Counted from the first letter of the stretch, positions 18,381-27,744 are shown. The stretch: DNA of 32,000 nucleotides from Bdellovibrionales bacterium (GCA_965247685.1 OZ252021.1:180001-212000), one strand, 5' to 3'. Notes: generated by a model not told the origin, from the sequence alone. Translations and numbers: made by a program.

Positions 18381-19154
18381 TTATCCAAAACGACCTGTAA
18401 TATACCTTTCAGTCCGTACATCTTTAGGGTTTGTAAACAATCTAGATGTTTTATCATACTCCACCAGATCACCATTAAGTAAAAAAGCAGTCCTATCCGA
18501 AATGCGAGAAGCTTGTTGCATATTATGGGTCACAATAATCAAAGTGACCTTTTGAGTGAGGGTTCGGATCAATTCTTCAATACGCATTGTCGAGACAGGA
18601 TCAAGCGCTGATGTCGGCTCGTCCATCAATATAATAGAGGGATCAATTGCCAAAGTGCGAGCGATACAAAGCCGTTGCTGTTGCCCTCCAGAAATGCTTG
18701 TTCCTGGCCGTTTTAAAATGTCTTTGACTTCATCCCAAAGTGCAGACTGCACTAAAGACTGCTCAACTTTTTCTTGTAATGCAGACTTATTTTTAACACC
18801 AAGTAGCCTGAGCCCTAAGGCTACATTATCAAAAATACTTAAACCTGGAAAAGGATTAGGTTTTTGAAAAACCATACCCACTTTTCTTCGAATCATCACA
18901 GGGTCAGAAGAAGAAGCATAAATATCCTCATTGTGTAAAAAAACTTGCCCCTTCACACGAGCATGAAGCGTTTCTTCGTGCATGCGATTGAGACATCGAA
19001 TAAAGGTAGACTTTCCACAACCCGAAGGACCAATAATAGCCACTACTTTATGTGCATACACACTACAACTAACATTTTTAACTACTGCATTCGATCCAAA
19101 ACTTGCCGTCAAATTCTTTACTTGCAATAAAACTTCTTTATCTACTGAACTCAT
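18381..19154 (-). CDS. pstB: phosphate ABC transporter ATP-binding protein
   Basis: 257 aa. Walker A GPSGCGKST, PstB-typical FQKPNPFP, signature SGGQQQRL, Walker B ILMDEPTSALD. Confidence 0.95.
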   Translation of the reverse strand: MSSVDKEVLLQVKNLTASFGSNAVVKNVSCSVYAHKVVAIIGPSGCGKSTFIRCLNRMHEETLHARVKGQVFLHNEDIYASSSDPVMIRRKVGMVFQKPNPFPGLSIFDNVALGLRLLGVKNKSALQEKVEQSLVQSALWDEVKDILKRPGTSISGGQQQRLCIARTLAIDPSIILMDEPTSALDPVSTMRIEELIRTLTQKVTLIIVTHNMQQASRISDRTAFLLNGDLVEYDKTSRLFTNPKDVRTERYITGRFG

Positions 19155-20001
19155 TCGTATAACCTCTTCGATATATGAAAATGCTGGCTCGAACTAAAAG
19201 ATTAATCAAAAATACAAATACAATTAACACTAAAGCTCCACTCCATGCTAAATTTTCAAGCTCTTCAAAACCACTCTTTGCAAATTCATATATCTGCACA
19301 GGCAATGTGGAAATCGGATCACCTAATTTTTGAGAATAGAATTGATTCCCTAAAGCTGTAAAGAGCAAAGGAGCTGTTTCTCCAGAAATTCTTGCTATAG
19401 ACAAAATAATACCTGTCACCAACATAGATGCCGTTCCAGGAATTAAAATATTCATGATCATCTTCCACCGAGGCAGCCCTAGAGCCAGCCCAGCTTCTCG
19501 AATATGTTGAGGAATGAGTTTTAAAATTTCTTCTGTGCTTTTAGCCACAATAGGAAGCATAATAAAAACTAGAGCCAATGCCCCTGCATAAGCAGAAAAT
19601 CCATAATATACGACAACAAGATGATAGACAAAAATTCCTATCACAATAGAAGGAACACTAGTAAATAAATCTACTGTAAATCTTAAAATACGACTCATCC
19701 AGTGAAAAGAATACTCACTCATAAAAATACCAACTCCCATCCCCCAAGGAATTCCTATTAAGCTGGCCATACCCACAACGACCATACTGCCAACAATAGC
19801 ATTTCCCATTCCACCACCCGCTTCACCAGGGGGGCGGGGAACATCAGTAAAAAAATTAAAACTCAGCCCTTCCATACCTTTGGAAATAATAAAAATAAAA
19901 ATAAAAACAAAAGGAATTAAAGCAACAAAAGATAAAAAAGACAACACACCCATCATCCAGAGGCTAAAGTATTTTCTGTAAATATTTCTTGTAATGAACA
20001 T
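19138..20001 (-). CDS. pstA: phosphate ABC transporter permease PstA
   Basis: 287 aa polytopic membrane protein with the EAA-type loop REAGLALGLPRWKMI. Position in the operon is after pstC and it overlaps pstB by 17 nt. Confidence 0.9.
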   Translation of the reverse strand: MFITRNIYRKYFSLWMMGVLSFLSFVALIPFVFIFIFIISKGMEGLSFNFFTDVPRPPGEAGGGMGNAIVGSMVVVGMASLIGIPWGMGVGIFMSEYSFHWMSRILRFTVDLFTSVPSIVIGIFVYHLVVVYYGFSAYAGALALVFIMLPIVAKSTEEILKLIPQHIREAGLALGLPRWKMIMNILIPGTASMLVTGIILSIARISGETAPLLFTALGNQFYSQKLGDPISTLPVQIYEFAKSGFEELENLAWSGALVLIVFVFLINLLVRASIFIYRRGYTNEFSR

Positions 20002-20013
20002 AATAAAAATTCT

Positions 20014-20973
20014 TTATGAGATAGAAAATTTCCTTTTAGTTTTCCAGGCAAATAACAATGAAGAGGAGTGAACTATTATAGATATTAAAAATAAAGCCAG
20101 CGCAATGGCTGTCAAAGATGAAAGATGAAGAGCACTATCAGCTTCTGCATATTGATTAGCTAAAATACTCGCCATCGTTTGAGCCGGTTCAAAAAGCGAA
20201 AGACTCAGATTCGGTTTATTACCAATAACCATTGTGACGGCCATAGTTTCTCCAAGAGCTCGGCCCAACCCCATAATAACAGCTCCTAATATCCCCGTCT
20301 GCCCCCCTTTAATAAGAGCATACTTAAACATTTCCCATCTAGTCGCACCCATTCCAAGTACAGCCTCACGATGAGAATAAGGGATAGATCGAAACACCTC
20401 CTTGCAGATAGAAGCAATAGTGGGTGTAATCATAATTGCTAAAATAATACCTGCACAAAGCATGCCTACCCCATACTGAGGTCCTTTAAAAAAAGGAAGA
20501 AACGAAAAATATTTTCCTAAAAACTCTTGAACAGGAGATCGAATAATAGGTGCGAGAAAAAAAACTCCCCATATTCCATAAACAATAGAGGGAATCGCCG
20601 CTAACATTTCCAAACCAAAGTTGAGAGGGCGAGCAAGCCACTTCGGAGCAAGTTCATTTAAAAAAAGAGAAACACCGACACTTACAGGTACAGCTATCAA
20701 TAATGCTAAGATCGAAGAAACTACAGTTCCCCAAATCATAGCTAAAGCTCCAAAGTCATTCAACCAGCTATCCCAGTTAACATTCACAAAAAATGAAAAA
20801 CCAAATTGTTTTAAAGCTGGAAGTGCTTCCTTAAAAACAATAGAAAATAAAGCTAAAAAGGAGACAATTACTAAAAGAGCCAGAGATTGCAAAAAATAAA
20901 AAAATAAGCGATCACTGATATGAATATCTTTTTTTGATTTCTTTGAATTTTTAAAAAATTTAAGGAGAAACAT
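20014..20973 (-). CDS. pstC: phosphate ABC transporter permease PstC
   Basis: 319 aa polytopic membrane protein with the EAA-type loop REAVLGMGATRWEM. Lies between pstS and pstA. Confidence 0.9.
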   Translation of the reverse strand: MFLLKFFKNSKKSKKDIHISDRLFFYFLQSLALLVIVSFLALFSIVFKEALPALKQFGFSFFVNVNWDSWLNDFGALAMIWGTVVSSILALLIAVPVSVGVSLFLNELAPKWLARPLNFGLEMLAAIPSIVYGIWGVFFLAPIIRSPVQEFLGKYFSFLPFFKGPQYGVGMLCAGIILAIMITPTIASICKEVFRSIPYSHREAVLGMGATRWEMFKYALIKGGQTGILGAVIMGLGRALGETMAVTMVIGNKPNLSLSLFEPAQTMASILANQYAEADSALHLSSLTAIALALFLISIIVHSSSLLFAWKTKRKFSIS

Positions 20974-21982
20974 TTTCTAATAACTGAATATTCTTGATTT
21001 GAAACTGAGCTTGTTGAATCACATTTTTGGGTAAAGGAACATAATACATCTTAGAAGAGTAAGTCTGCCCTTGAGTGAGCGCCCATTTTAAAAAATCAAT
21101 GATGACTCCCCCTTTTTCTTTCTCCATTTTTTTGTAGATTAAAAGGTAAGTAAACGATGCCAAAGGATAAGCTTTTTGATTTTTTGAATTCACTATAGAT
21201 TTAAGATAAGAGTCTTTATTCAACTGAGTCGCTGCACTTTGAACAGATGCAATACTGGGTTCAATAAAACGGCCTGAAGCATTTTGAATCAGCACCATCG
21301 GTAATTTTTGATTCATGGCATAACCCATACCTGCATAGGCGATAGCTCCCTTTATTTTCTTTAAAAAACCAATGACTCCCTCATTCCCCTTACCACCAAT
21401 ACCTACAGGCCAATTCACAGATTTTCCATAACCCACCTTCCACCTTTGAGGCTGTGATCGATGAAGATACTCAGTAAAAATAAAAGTGGTACCACTCCCA
21501 TCTGCTCGGTAAACCACCACTATTGTTTGATCAGGTAACTTTAAATTAGGATTAAGACGTGCTATTTGAAGATCATTCCACTTTGTAATTTTCCCAGAGA
21601 AAATATCTGCAATCAATTCATCATCCAACTTCAGCTTTTGTCCAGATATATTCAAGTTATAAGTGATCACAACAGCACTCAGTGTCGTAGGGATATGTAT
21701 AATTTCTTTTTTACTTTTTTGAATTTCCTCAGCACGCATAGGAATATCTGAAGCACCAAAATCTAAAGTGCCTCTAATCAGTTGCTGTATCCCTCCACCA
21801 CTTCCTATGGAGCGGTAATTGATCTTCACATCCTTATTCACTTTTGCGTACTCGTAGAACCATTTAGAATATAGAATATATGGAAAGGTAGCACCTGCTC
21901 CATTAATCAAAAGAGAACTCGACCAAGTAATGCTTGTAAAAAGCATTACAAGAGCTATCAACAAATGTTTAGCGATCCTCAT
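20960..21982 (-). CDS. pstS: phosphate ABC transporter substrate-binding protein PstS
   Basis: Start placed at ATG 21982 (GGAGGGAGCTGGT ATG), giving signal peptide MRIAKHLLIALVMLFTSITW. Motifs GAGATFPYILYSKW, SIGSGGGI and GASD. The 24 extra codons in the track ORF lack support. Confidence 0.9.
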   Translation of the reverse strand: MRIAKHLLIALVMLFTSITWSSSLLINGAGATFPYILYSKWFYEYAKVNKDVKINYRSIGSGGGIQQLIRGTLDFGASDIPMRAEEIQKSKKEIIHIPTTLSAVVITYNLNISGQKLKLDDELIADIFSGKITKWNDLQIARLNPNLKLPDQTIVVVYRADGSGTTFIFTEYLHRSQPQRWKVGYGKSVNWPVGIGGKGNEGVIGFLKKIKGAIAYAGMGYAMNQKLPMVLIQNASGRFIEPSIASVQSAATQLNKDSYLKSIVNSKNQKAYPLASFTYLLIYKKMEKEKGGVIIDFLKWALTQGQTYSSKMYYVPLPKNVIQQAQFQIKNIQLLENVSP

Positions 21983-22199
21983 ACCAGCTCCCTCCATACT
22001 TTGATTAATAATCAAACAAACTCCAACTACCTTTATACATGACTTATATAACAAGAAAACCTCTTGCTAAATAAAAAAATGATTTAAAGCCGAGTGTCAA
22101 CAAACCTCTATAATGGATAATATGAAATGTGTTACTAAGGGAATACTCATACACACTAAAGCCAAATTTAAGCATTATTCGGCGTGTCCAAATAGCTAT

Positions 22200-22988
22200 T
22201 TAATATTGATCTTTGAGCAATCTTATTTTTGTCCAAAGATGCAGCTCTGAGACTTGTTTTTGAGAGGAAAACCATTTTCTAAGGCTAGAACTGAGTAGTT
22301 TGGGATTTTTGAGCATTTCTTTTGTTCTTAAAAATGGATTAGTTTGAAGTTCTTCAGAGAGTAAGAATGGCACGGTAGATTGATTTTTTTCTCTTATTTG
22401 AATAATTTTTTTGAATCTTCTTTGAAGATGTGGATTATTGCATTCTATTTCCAAAGCAAATTGAGCATTTCTTTTAGAATACTCATGACCACAATAGATC
22501 TGAGTACTTACAGGTAGATTTTTTATTTGATTGAGGCTTTGAAACATTTGAACCGGAGTGCCTTCAAAAAGACGTCCGCATCCCATAGAAAACAAAGTGT
22601 CTCCACAAAAAAGAGTATTCGAGTTTTTGAACCAATAAGCAATATGTCCCAGAGTATGTCCTGGAATAAATAGAATCCGACAGACTTGATCTCCCCATAC
22701 CCACTCTTCATTTTCTTGGACGGTCTGTGAGATGCAGGGAATTCTTTTTTTATCTTTTTCAAAGCCAATAATGGTGCAACCCCATTTCCTCTTCAATTCT
22801 TTATTTCCTCCTACATGATCATAGTGATGATGAGTGTTGAGAATATAATCGAGAGACCATTTCTTTTTTTCTAAAAATTGATTGACAGAATCTGCAGTCG
22901 AGGGATCCACTACAGCCGTTTCTCCATTAGAATTTTTGAGTATATGGACATAGTTATCTTGCAAGTCTGGAATTTGATAAACTTTCAC
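22200..22988 (-). CDS. gloB: hydroxyacylglutathione hydrolase (glyoxalase II)
   Basis: 262 aa metallo-beta-lactamase fold with THHHYDHVGGN, GHTLGHIAYW, CGDTLF and CGHEYS. Confidence 0.88.
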   Translation of the reverse strand: MKVYQIPDLQDNYVHILKNSNGETAVVDPSTADSVNQFLEKKKWSLDYILNTHHHYDHVGGNKELKRKWGCTIIGFEKDKKRIPCISQTVQENEEWVWGDQVCRILFIPGHTLGHIAYWFKNSNTLFCGDTLFSMGCGRLFEGTPVQMFQSLNQIKNLPVSTQIYCGHEYSKRNAQFALEIECNNPHLQRRFKKIIQIREKNQSTVPFLLSEELQTNPFLRTKEMLKNPKLLSSSLRKWFSSQKQVSELHLWTKIRLLKDQY

Positions 22989-23050
22989 AATTCACCTCTT
23001 GAATTCAAGACTAATGCTCTTTTAATTCTATCTCAACCCCTATATCAAGC

Positions 23051-23079
23051 TTGACAGTATTTTTCATTACTTAGAAAAT
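23051..23079 (+). promoter_or_regulatory. candidate promoter for the methyltransferase gene (TTGACA - 17 nt - GAAAAT), implying a very short leader
   Basis: TTGACA at 23051-23056 and GAAAAT at 23074-23079. The ATG at 23090 is only 10 nt past the -10 element and has no Shine-Dalgarno. Confidence 0.3.
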
Positions 23080-23089
23080 CATAAAAGAT

Positions 23090-24241
23090 ATGTTAGAAAC
23101 TCTATTAACTAATAAAACCACTCCTCAACCCTTTCACCCTTTGAATCAACCTATAGATTCTATTGTGACCGAAGGAATTAAATATAGTGGTTCTAAATTA
23201 AAATTACTCCCCCATATTCTTTCTATTGTTCGTTCCTTGCCAGTTAGAAATATTTTTGATGGATTTGCAGGAACAACAAGAGTCAGTCAAGCTTTTGCAA
23301 AATATGGCTACAAAGTTATCTGTAATGATCAAGCTTTATGGTCTAAAGTTTTTGGTGAGTGCTATCTGAAAGGAAAACAAACTGCTTTATTAGAAGAAAA
23401 ACTAGATTACTTGAATCATCTCAAAGGACATGAGGGCTGGTTTACAAAAAATTATGGAGGAGTATCGAACAATGGACTTTCCGTTAACTCGGATGGCAAA
23501 AAAAAAGTTTGGCAAATTCATAATACCAAAAAACTAGATGCTATCCGACCTAAGATAGATAAAATCTCTGAAAACTCTATTGAAAAATCTATACTACTAA
23601 CCAGTCTGATTTCAGCCTTAGATAAGGTGGATAATACCTTAGGACATTATGCTTCTTACTTGAGGCAGTGGTCTCCTCGCTCTTTTAAAACAATGGAGCT
23701 TAAAATGCCTCTTATGAAGTCTATACCTTCTCACCATAAAGTGATGAATAAAGATATATTTCAGGCTTTATCTCAAGTGAAAGCTGATCTTTCTTACTTT
23801 GATCCACCTTATGGATCGAATAATCAAAAGATGCCTCCTTCTCGCGTTCGTTATGCTTCTTATTACCATATCTGGAAGACCATTTGCCTTAATGATAAAC
23901 CGAATCTCGTAGGTCAATCGAATCGAAGAGAAGATTGCAGTGATCGAAAAACAGGTTCTATTTTTGAAGAATTTAGGAAAAATAAGGAAGGAGATTTTAT
24001 CGCTTTGAAGGCTATAGAAAAGTTGATTCAAAAGTGCTCTTCTCGGTACATTTTACTTTCCTACAGTAATGGAGGAAGAGCTGCTAAAGAAGACATATGC
24101 CGAATCATTAAGGAGCATAGTCGAAAAGCTCATATATTTTCCATTGATTATAAGAAAAACGTGATGGCAGGAATGTGTTGGACTTATGATTGGATTAAAA
24201 GAGATAAAAATATAGAGTTTTTATTTTTAATTGAAAAATAA
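23090..24241 (+). CDS. N6-adenine DNA methyltransferase, Dam/D12 class (alpha-type motif order), apparently orphan
   Basis: 383 aa. N-terminal KYSGSKLKLLPHI (the Y.GSK motif of the D12 class), motif I IFDGFAGTTRV, catalytic motif IV SYFDPPYG (DPPY encoded at 23801-23812), C-terminal ILLSYSN block. No nuclease-like neighbour. Confidence 0.8.
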   Translation: MLETLLTNKTTPQPFHPLNQPIDSIVTEGIKYSGSKLKLLPHILSIVRSLPVRNIFDGFAGTTRVSQAFAKYGYKVICNDQALWSKVFGECYLKGKQTALLEEKLDYLNHLKGHEGWFTKNYGGVSNNGLSVNSDGKKKVWQIHNTKKLDAIRPKIDKISENSIEKSILLTSLISALDKVDNTLGHYASYLRQWSPRSFKTMELKMPLMKSIPSHHKVMNKDIFQALSQVKADLSYFDPPYGSNNQKMPPSRVRYASYYHIWKTICLNDKPNLVGQSNRREDCSDRKTGSIFEEFRKNKEGDFIALKAIEKLIQKCSSRYILLSYSNGGRAAKEDICRIIKEHSRKAHIFSIDYKKNVMAGMCWTYDWIKRDKNIEFLFLIEK

Positions 24242-24316
24242 TATCTATATTCATTATTGCTTGATTGGGCTAAGTCCTATTTGCTGAGTTAAGCTAATAA
24301 CGTTAATTCTTAAAAG

Positions 24317-24345
24317 TTGACTTTAAAATATAAAACTTATAGAAT
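24317..24345 (+). promoter_or_regulatory. candidate promoter (TTGACT - 17 nt - TAGAAT) directly abutting the lipoprotein start codon
   Basis: TTGACT at 24317-24322 and TAGAAT at 24340-24345. The ATG at 24354 is 8 nt past the -10 element with no Shine-Dalgarno, a leaderless-like geometry. Confidence 0.35.
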
Positions 24346-24353
24346 TGAATAGT

Positions 24354-24869
24354 ATGCGACTTTTAGTCATTTTTATTTTATCGGTTTCTTTCCTAAACAG
24401 CTGTGGCAGCACTTCTGATAGACTTATAACAAAAGACGCTGTCAGAAAACTTTTAGAAAATCCACCTAAAAATCAGGAAAAACTTAAACAAAAGACTTTT
24501 AATGGCTGTATCGCCGTGCCAGCGAAAAATCTTTTGCAAAGGTTATTTGTAGGGCTTGAGTTCACAGGAGAAACTTGTTCTGTAACAGTCCATCAAAACA
24601 ATAATATAAGCGTTAGTTTTCTTGGAAATGCTGTTATTCCTTTAGTCAGTGAACCCTCTACTATTCGCACGGTTATTCTTATTGGAGATCTAAAAGACAA
24701 AGATAACAATATTATAGTGGTTCAACATCATCAAGGTGATGTAGTGGATGTCACCCACACTTTTTATGACAAAAATAACGGTACGGCTTTTCAGTTGAGG
24801 AATCTAGAATATGTTAAGTCGTGTACTCACCTAACATCCGAAGGAAAAAGAGATTGTACAAGGAAATAG
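24354..24869 (+). CDS. lipoprotein of unknown function
   Basis: MRLLVIFILSVSFLNS|CGS is a signal peptide with lipobox. About 171 aa, no recognisable domain. The track ORF starts at TTG 24345, inside the putative -10 element. Confidence 0.6.
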   Translation: MRLLVIFILSVSFLNSCGSTSDRLITKDAVRKLLENPPKNQEKLKQKTFNGCIAVPAKNLLQRLFVGLEFTGETCSVTVHQNNNISVSFLGNAVIPLVSEPSTIRTVILIGDLKDKDNNIIVVQHHQGDVVDVTHTFYDKNNGTAFQLRNLEYVKSCTHLTSEGKRDCTRK

Positions 24870-24993
24870 TCTAGCTGGTAGAATGTCTTAAAGATGCTAA
24901 GTCTTTGAATGGTCTGTTGATTCTTCTTTTTACTTCAAAATCCCTTTGGTATACTCCTGTTACGGTTTAGAATCATTTCGATAGGTATACATT

Positions 24994-26160
24994 ATGTACA
25001 AAACAAATATTATCATCTTATCTTTAATAATCTCTATAAGTTTTTCACACTACTTGTACGCAAATCAATCTTGTTCATCGACATTTTCAAAAATACCTAC
25101 AACAGAAGGTCAACCGCATTATATGAAAAAAGGTTTTTATGATGGATTAGGTGAAGTTAACGAATTAACTAAATTGGGAAAACACTTGAGAAACAGTTCT
25201 ATAGACCCGAAAAAAACTAATATTAAATACCTGAGACCTTTTATCCAAAAACATATCCATCATATTCAACAAGGCCTCATAGCAACTCATCAAAATCATA
25301 AACTGGATCAATTAAACGCACTTGAGAAGAAAGCCTTAGAGCAAATAACAAACGAACAAATCACTCTTCATTGGTGGCTGTTATTTAATATTAAATTAGC
25401 TTGGCTGGCAACCCGTTCTTCTGATATTTTTGAACGGAAGTTAGAGTTTGAGTTCTTGGACAAATTTAAAAATTATAAAGGACTCACATATTATATTGAA
25501 AAAAACAAAGATGACAACGAAGTTCTTTATCTTATAAACAAAGCTCTTAATTCTTTCCCAGAAAAAATAATTCTACCCACAACTTCCCAACTTGGAATAT
25601 TAGCTTTAAATAGACCTTCAAAAAATGGATTAAATATTATTCCCGTTGAACTCTTTAATCAAAAAAAATCTTTGGATGGTACCACTTCATCTCCTATTGA
25701 GGCTTTTTTACATAATCTGAAACATGTAATAAAATTAGATTATGGAGTAATACTTTTTCCAAAAAATCCAGAACTGAATAGACAAATAGTTTCTCATATA
25801 GAAAAACTACCAACAATAGCAAAAAAGAAAAAAGCAGAGGTTATTTATTTTATTCTCACACATGAATTACTTCCAGAGGAACGTCCAACAATCCATCAAA
25901 TTGTAAACAGCCAAGATTTATTACGAATAATAAGCTCATCGTACAGTATTCTAGATCCCATGGTTATCTTCACTGAAGCTCAAATTTTAAATACTTTAAA
26001 TGATCAAAATATAGATATTTACTCCTTAGGAAATCCTAAAAAAAATGAATCAGACATATTATCTTATAGATATAATATGTTGATAAAAGAAAGTATAAAT
26101 ATTTTTACTCAAACAGCTCGTAAAGCTTTTAAGATGCATTTGCGTACAATGCACTTTTAA
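24994..26160 (+). CDS. exported hypothetical protein (388 aa), no recognisable domain
   Basis: N-terminal signal-like MYKTNIIILSLIISISFSHYLYA|NQ. A long uninterrupted ORF in an AT-rich context. No motif recognised by eye. Confidence 0.6.
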   Translation: MYKTNIIILSLIISISFSHYLYANQSCSSTFSKIPTTEGQPHYMKKGFYDGLGEVNELTKLGKHLRNSSIDPKKTNIKYLRPFIQKHIHHIQQGLIATHQNHKLDQLNALEKKALEQITNEQITLHWWLLFNIKLAWLATRSSDIFERKLEFEFLDKFKNYKGLTYYIEKNKDDNEVLYLINKALNSFPEKIILPTTSQLGILALNRPSKNGLNIIPVELFNQKKSLDGTTSSPIEAFLHNLKHVIKLDYGVILFPKNPELNRQIVSHIEKLPTIAKKKKAEVIYFILTHELLPEERPTIHQIVNSQDLLRIISSSYSILDPMVIFTEAQILNTLNDQNIDIYSLGNPKKNESDILSYRYNMLIKESINIFTQTARKAFKMHLRTMHF

Positions 26161-26247
26161 TGGAAATTCAAAAGCTAATAAAATTAATAATAAAAAATGT
26201 TCCTTATAATCGCTTTTTACGTCTTCTCAGACTCGTCATTTCTTTTT

Positions 26248-27285
26248 TTAGTCAGCTCTCTTCATGCTATTGAAAGCTCTTGCACAGGCAGAAAAAAGAC
26301 CAGTTCCAACCTCTCTCTTATTCGAACTCCCTAAGAGATTGTCTTTGTTAGCTGGCAACCCATTTTTTGCTTCTTCTAATAATTGAAGCATTTTATAAAC
26401 TTTTTGCTCGAAAAGAGAAAGAGAGAAAACCCAATTCCATTTTGCACTGGACTTCTCAGAAGGCCACGTAGATTTTTTTAACACTTGCTCGGGTGTGTAT
26501 CCTTGAGAATTGCTAATGTCTAATCGAACTGGATTTCGAAGAAGAAGACGAGCGGTCTCCAAATCAGCATATTGACTTGTTAAGTGTAACACCATATCTC
26601 CTCTATTATTTTGAGCATTGAAATCAGTTGTGTGATCAATGAGTAATTGTATAAATTTTTCTCTATATTCTGATAAAGACATTTTCCTCCAGAAATTTAA
26701 TAAAGGAATAAGTTTCATAAGAGCTGTGTTGCCATTCAGATCTCTTACCTGAGCATTCAAGCCATATTTAAAAAGTAATTCAATAATATGCAGGGGAAAA
26801 TGAGGCAATGCTGTGCCTTCAGTAGCTCTTATAAGAAGATGCCGTTTCTCGGTTTTCTTAAATCGTCCTTGTTCCGCTGGAAAGAGTATATTAGGGTCAG
26901 CTCCATTGTTTAGCAACATTTTTATAGTCGTAAGGTTAGTGTCCAAAATATCTTCTTCTGATCCATTTGTATTTTCTAATTGCGAAAAAACTTCCTCTAC
27001 ATAAGCTTGGTTTATAAGAGCTTGTTGCAGAAGAGTATATCCATTTTCATTGATATCATTTATTTTATCCGACGACTCTCTTACGATAAGGACTGCCTTA
27101 TCAAAAAACTCTTTTACATCTTGGCTTGACTCAAGATTTAATGGCCTCATGGCATAAATACTTGATGGAAGGGCATCATCATACGTGCTTGGTGGATGGG
27201 GGGTAGACGTGCTTGAATAGGCACTTGAATGGGCATACATGCATAGGTTGAGTAGAATAAAAATTGATAATATTTGTTTTAACAT
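26248..27285 (-). CDS. exported ankyrin-repeat protein (ANK copy 1, divergent orientation)
   Basis: 345 aa. Signal-like MLKQILSIFILLNLCMYAHS|SAY. ANK-type segments NGYTLLQQALIN, DLNGNTALMKLIP and NNRGDMVLHLTSQYADLETARLLLRN...DISNSQGYTPEQV. Confidence 0.75.
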   Translation of the reverse strand: MLKQILSIFILLNLCMYAHSSAYSSTSTPHPPSTYDDALPSSIYAMRPLNLESSQDVKEFFDKAVLIVRESSDKINDINENGYTLLQQALINQAYVEEVFSQLENTNGSEEDILDTNLTTIKMLLNNGADPNILFPAEQGRFKKTEKRHLLIRATEGTALPHFPLHIIELLFKYGLNAQVRDLNGNTALMKLIPLLNFWRKMSLSEYREKFIQLLIDHTTDFNAQNNRGDMVLHLTSQYADLETARLLLRNPVRLDISNSQGYTPEQVLKKSTWPSEKSSAKWNWVFSLSLFEQKVYKMLQLLEEAKNGLPANKDNLLGSSNKREVGTGLFSACARAFNSMKRAD

Positions 27286-27744
27286 AGCTATTTAAAGATT
27301 TTATTTTTGTCAAATTCAAAAACCTTGTAACACATTTATGAATTGGACAATAGAATTAAATGCTATTTTGAAATTTATTGACATACTGTGAAAAAAATAC
27401 ATTTAGGGATAGACATAATTGAAAACAACACTGTAAAACTTCTTTGATTTCTAGAAAAATTACAGGGATATGGTTTATAGCTGTTTCTTATTCTGTGCCT
27501 TGATTAACAGTATTTAATGCAATTACTATATAAAAATTTTGTAAATCAACCTACAAAGACTATAGTACTTTTGAATCCAAAAATAAGGAAAACCTTTTGC
27601 CACTCTCTTTAAAACCAGTCCACTGTAATCAACTTTTCAAAAAATGAAGCAAGCAAAATACTTTGAGCAACTACTTAAAAGAGAGTTTATAGCTGTTTTT
27701 AGCATAAATATTCAAGAACTTTTTAACTTTTGATGATGGATGAA

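Noticed and set aside
18346-19197. Plus-strand ORFs 18346-18555, 18556-18867, 18945-19130 and 18982-19197
   Set aside because: All are antisense to pstB, whose Walker A/B and signature motifs are unambiguous. These are shadow ORFs.
22036-22056. Pho-box-like direct repeat (minus strand TTGTTATATAAGTCATGTAT) upstream of pstS
   Set aside because: The half-sites GTTAT and GTCAT are 9 nt apart rather than the 11-nt phasing of PhoB boxes, and the match to CTGTCAT is poor. Too weak to call.
24242-26160. ORFs downstream of the methyltransferase as a cognate restriction endonuclease
   Set aside because: Both begin with signal-peptide or lipobox sequences and lack PD-(D/E)xK, HNH or GIY-YIG-like motifs visible by eye. 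Exported proteins cannot act on cytoplasmic DNA.
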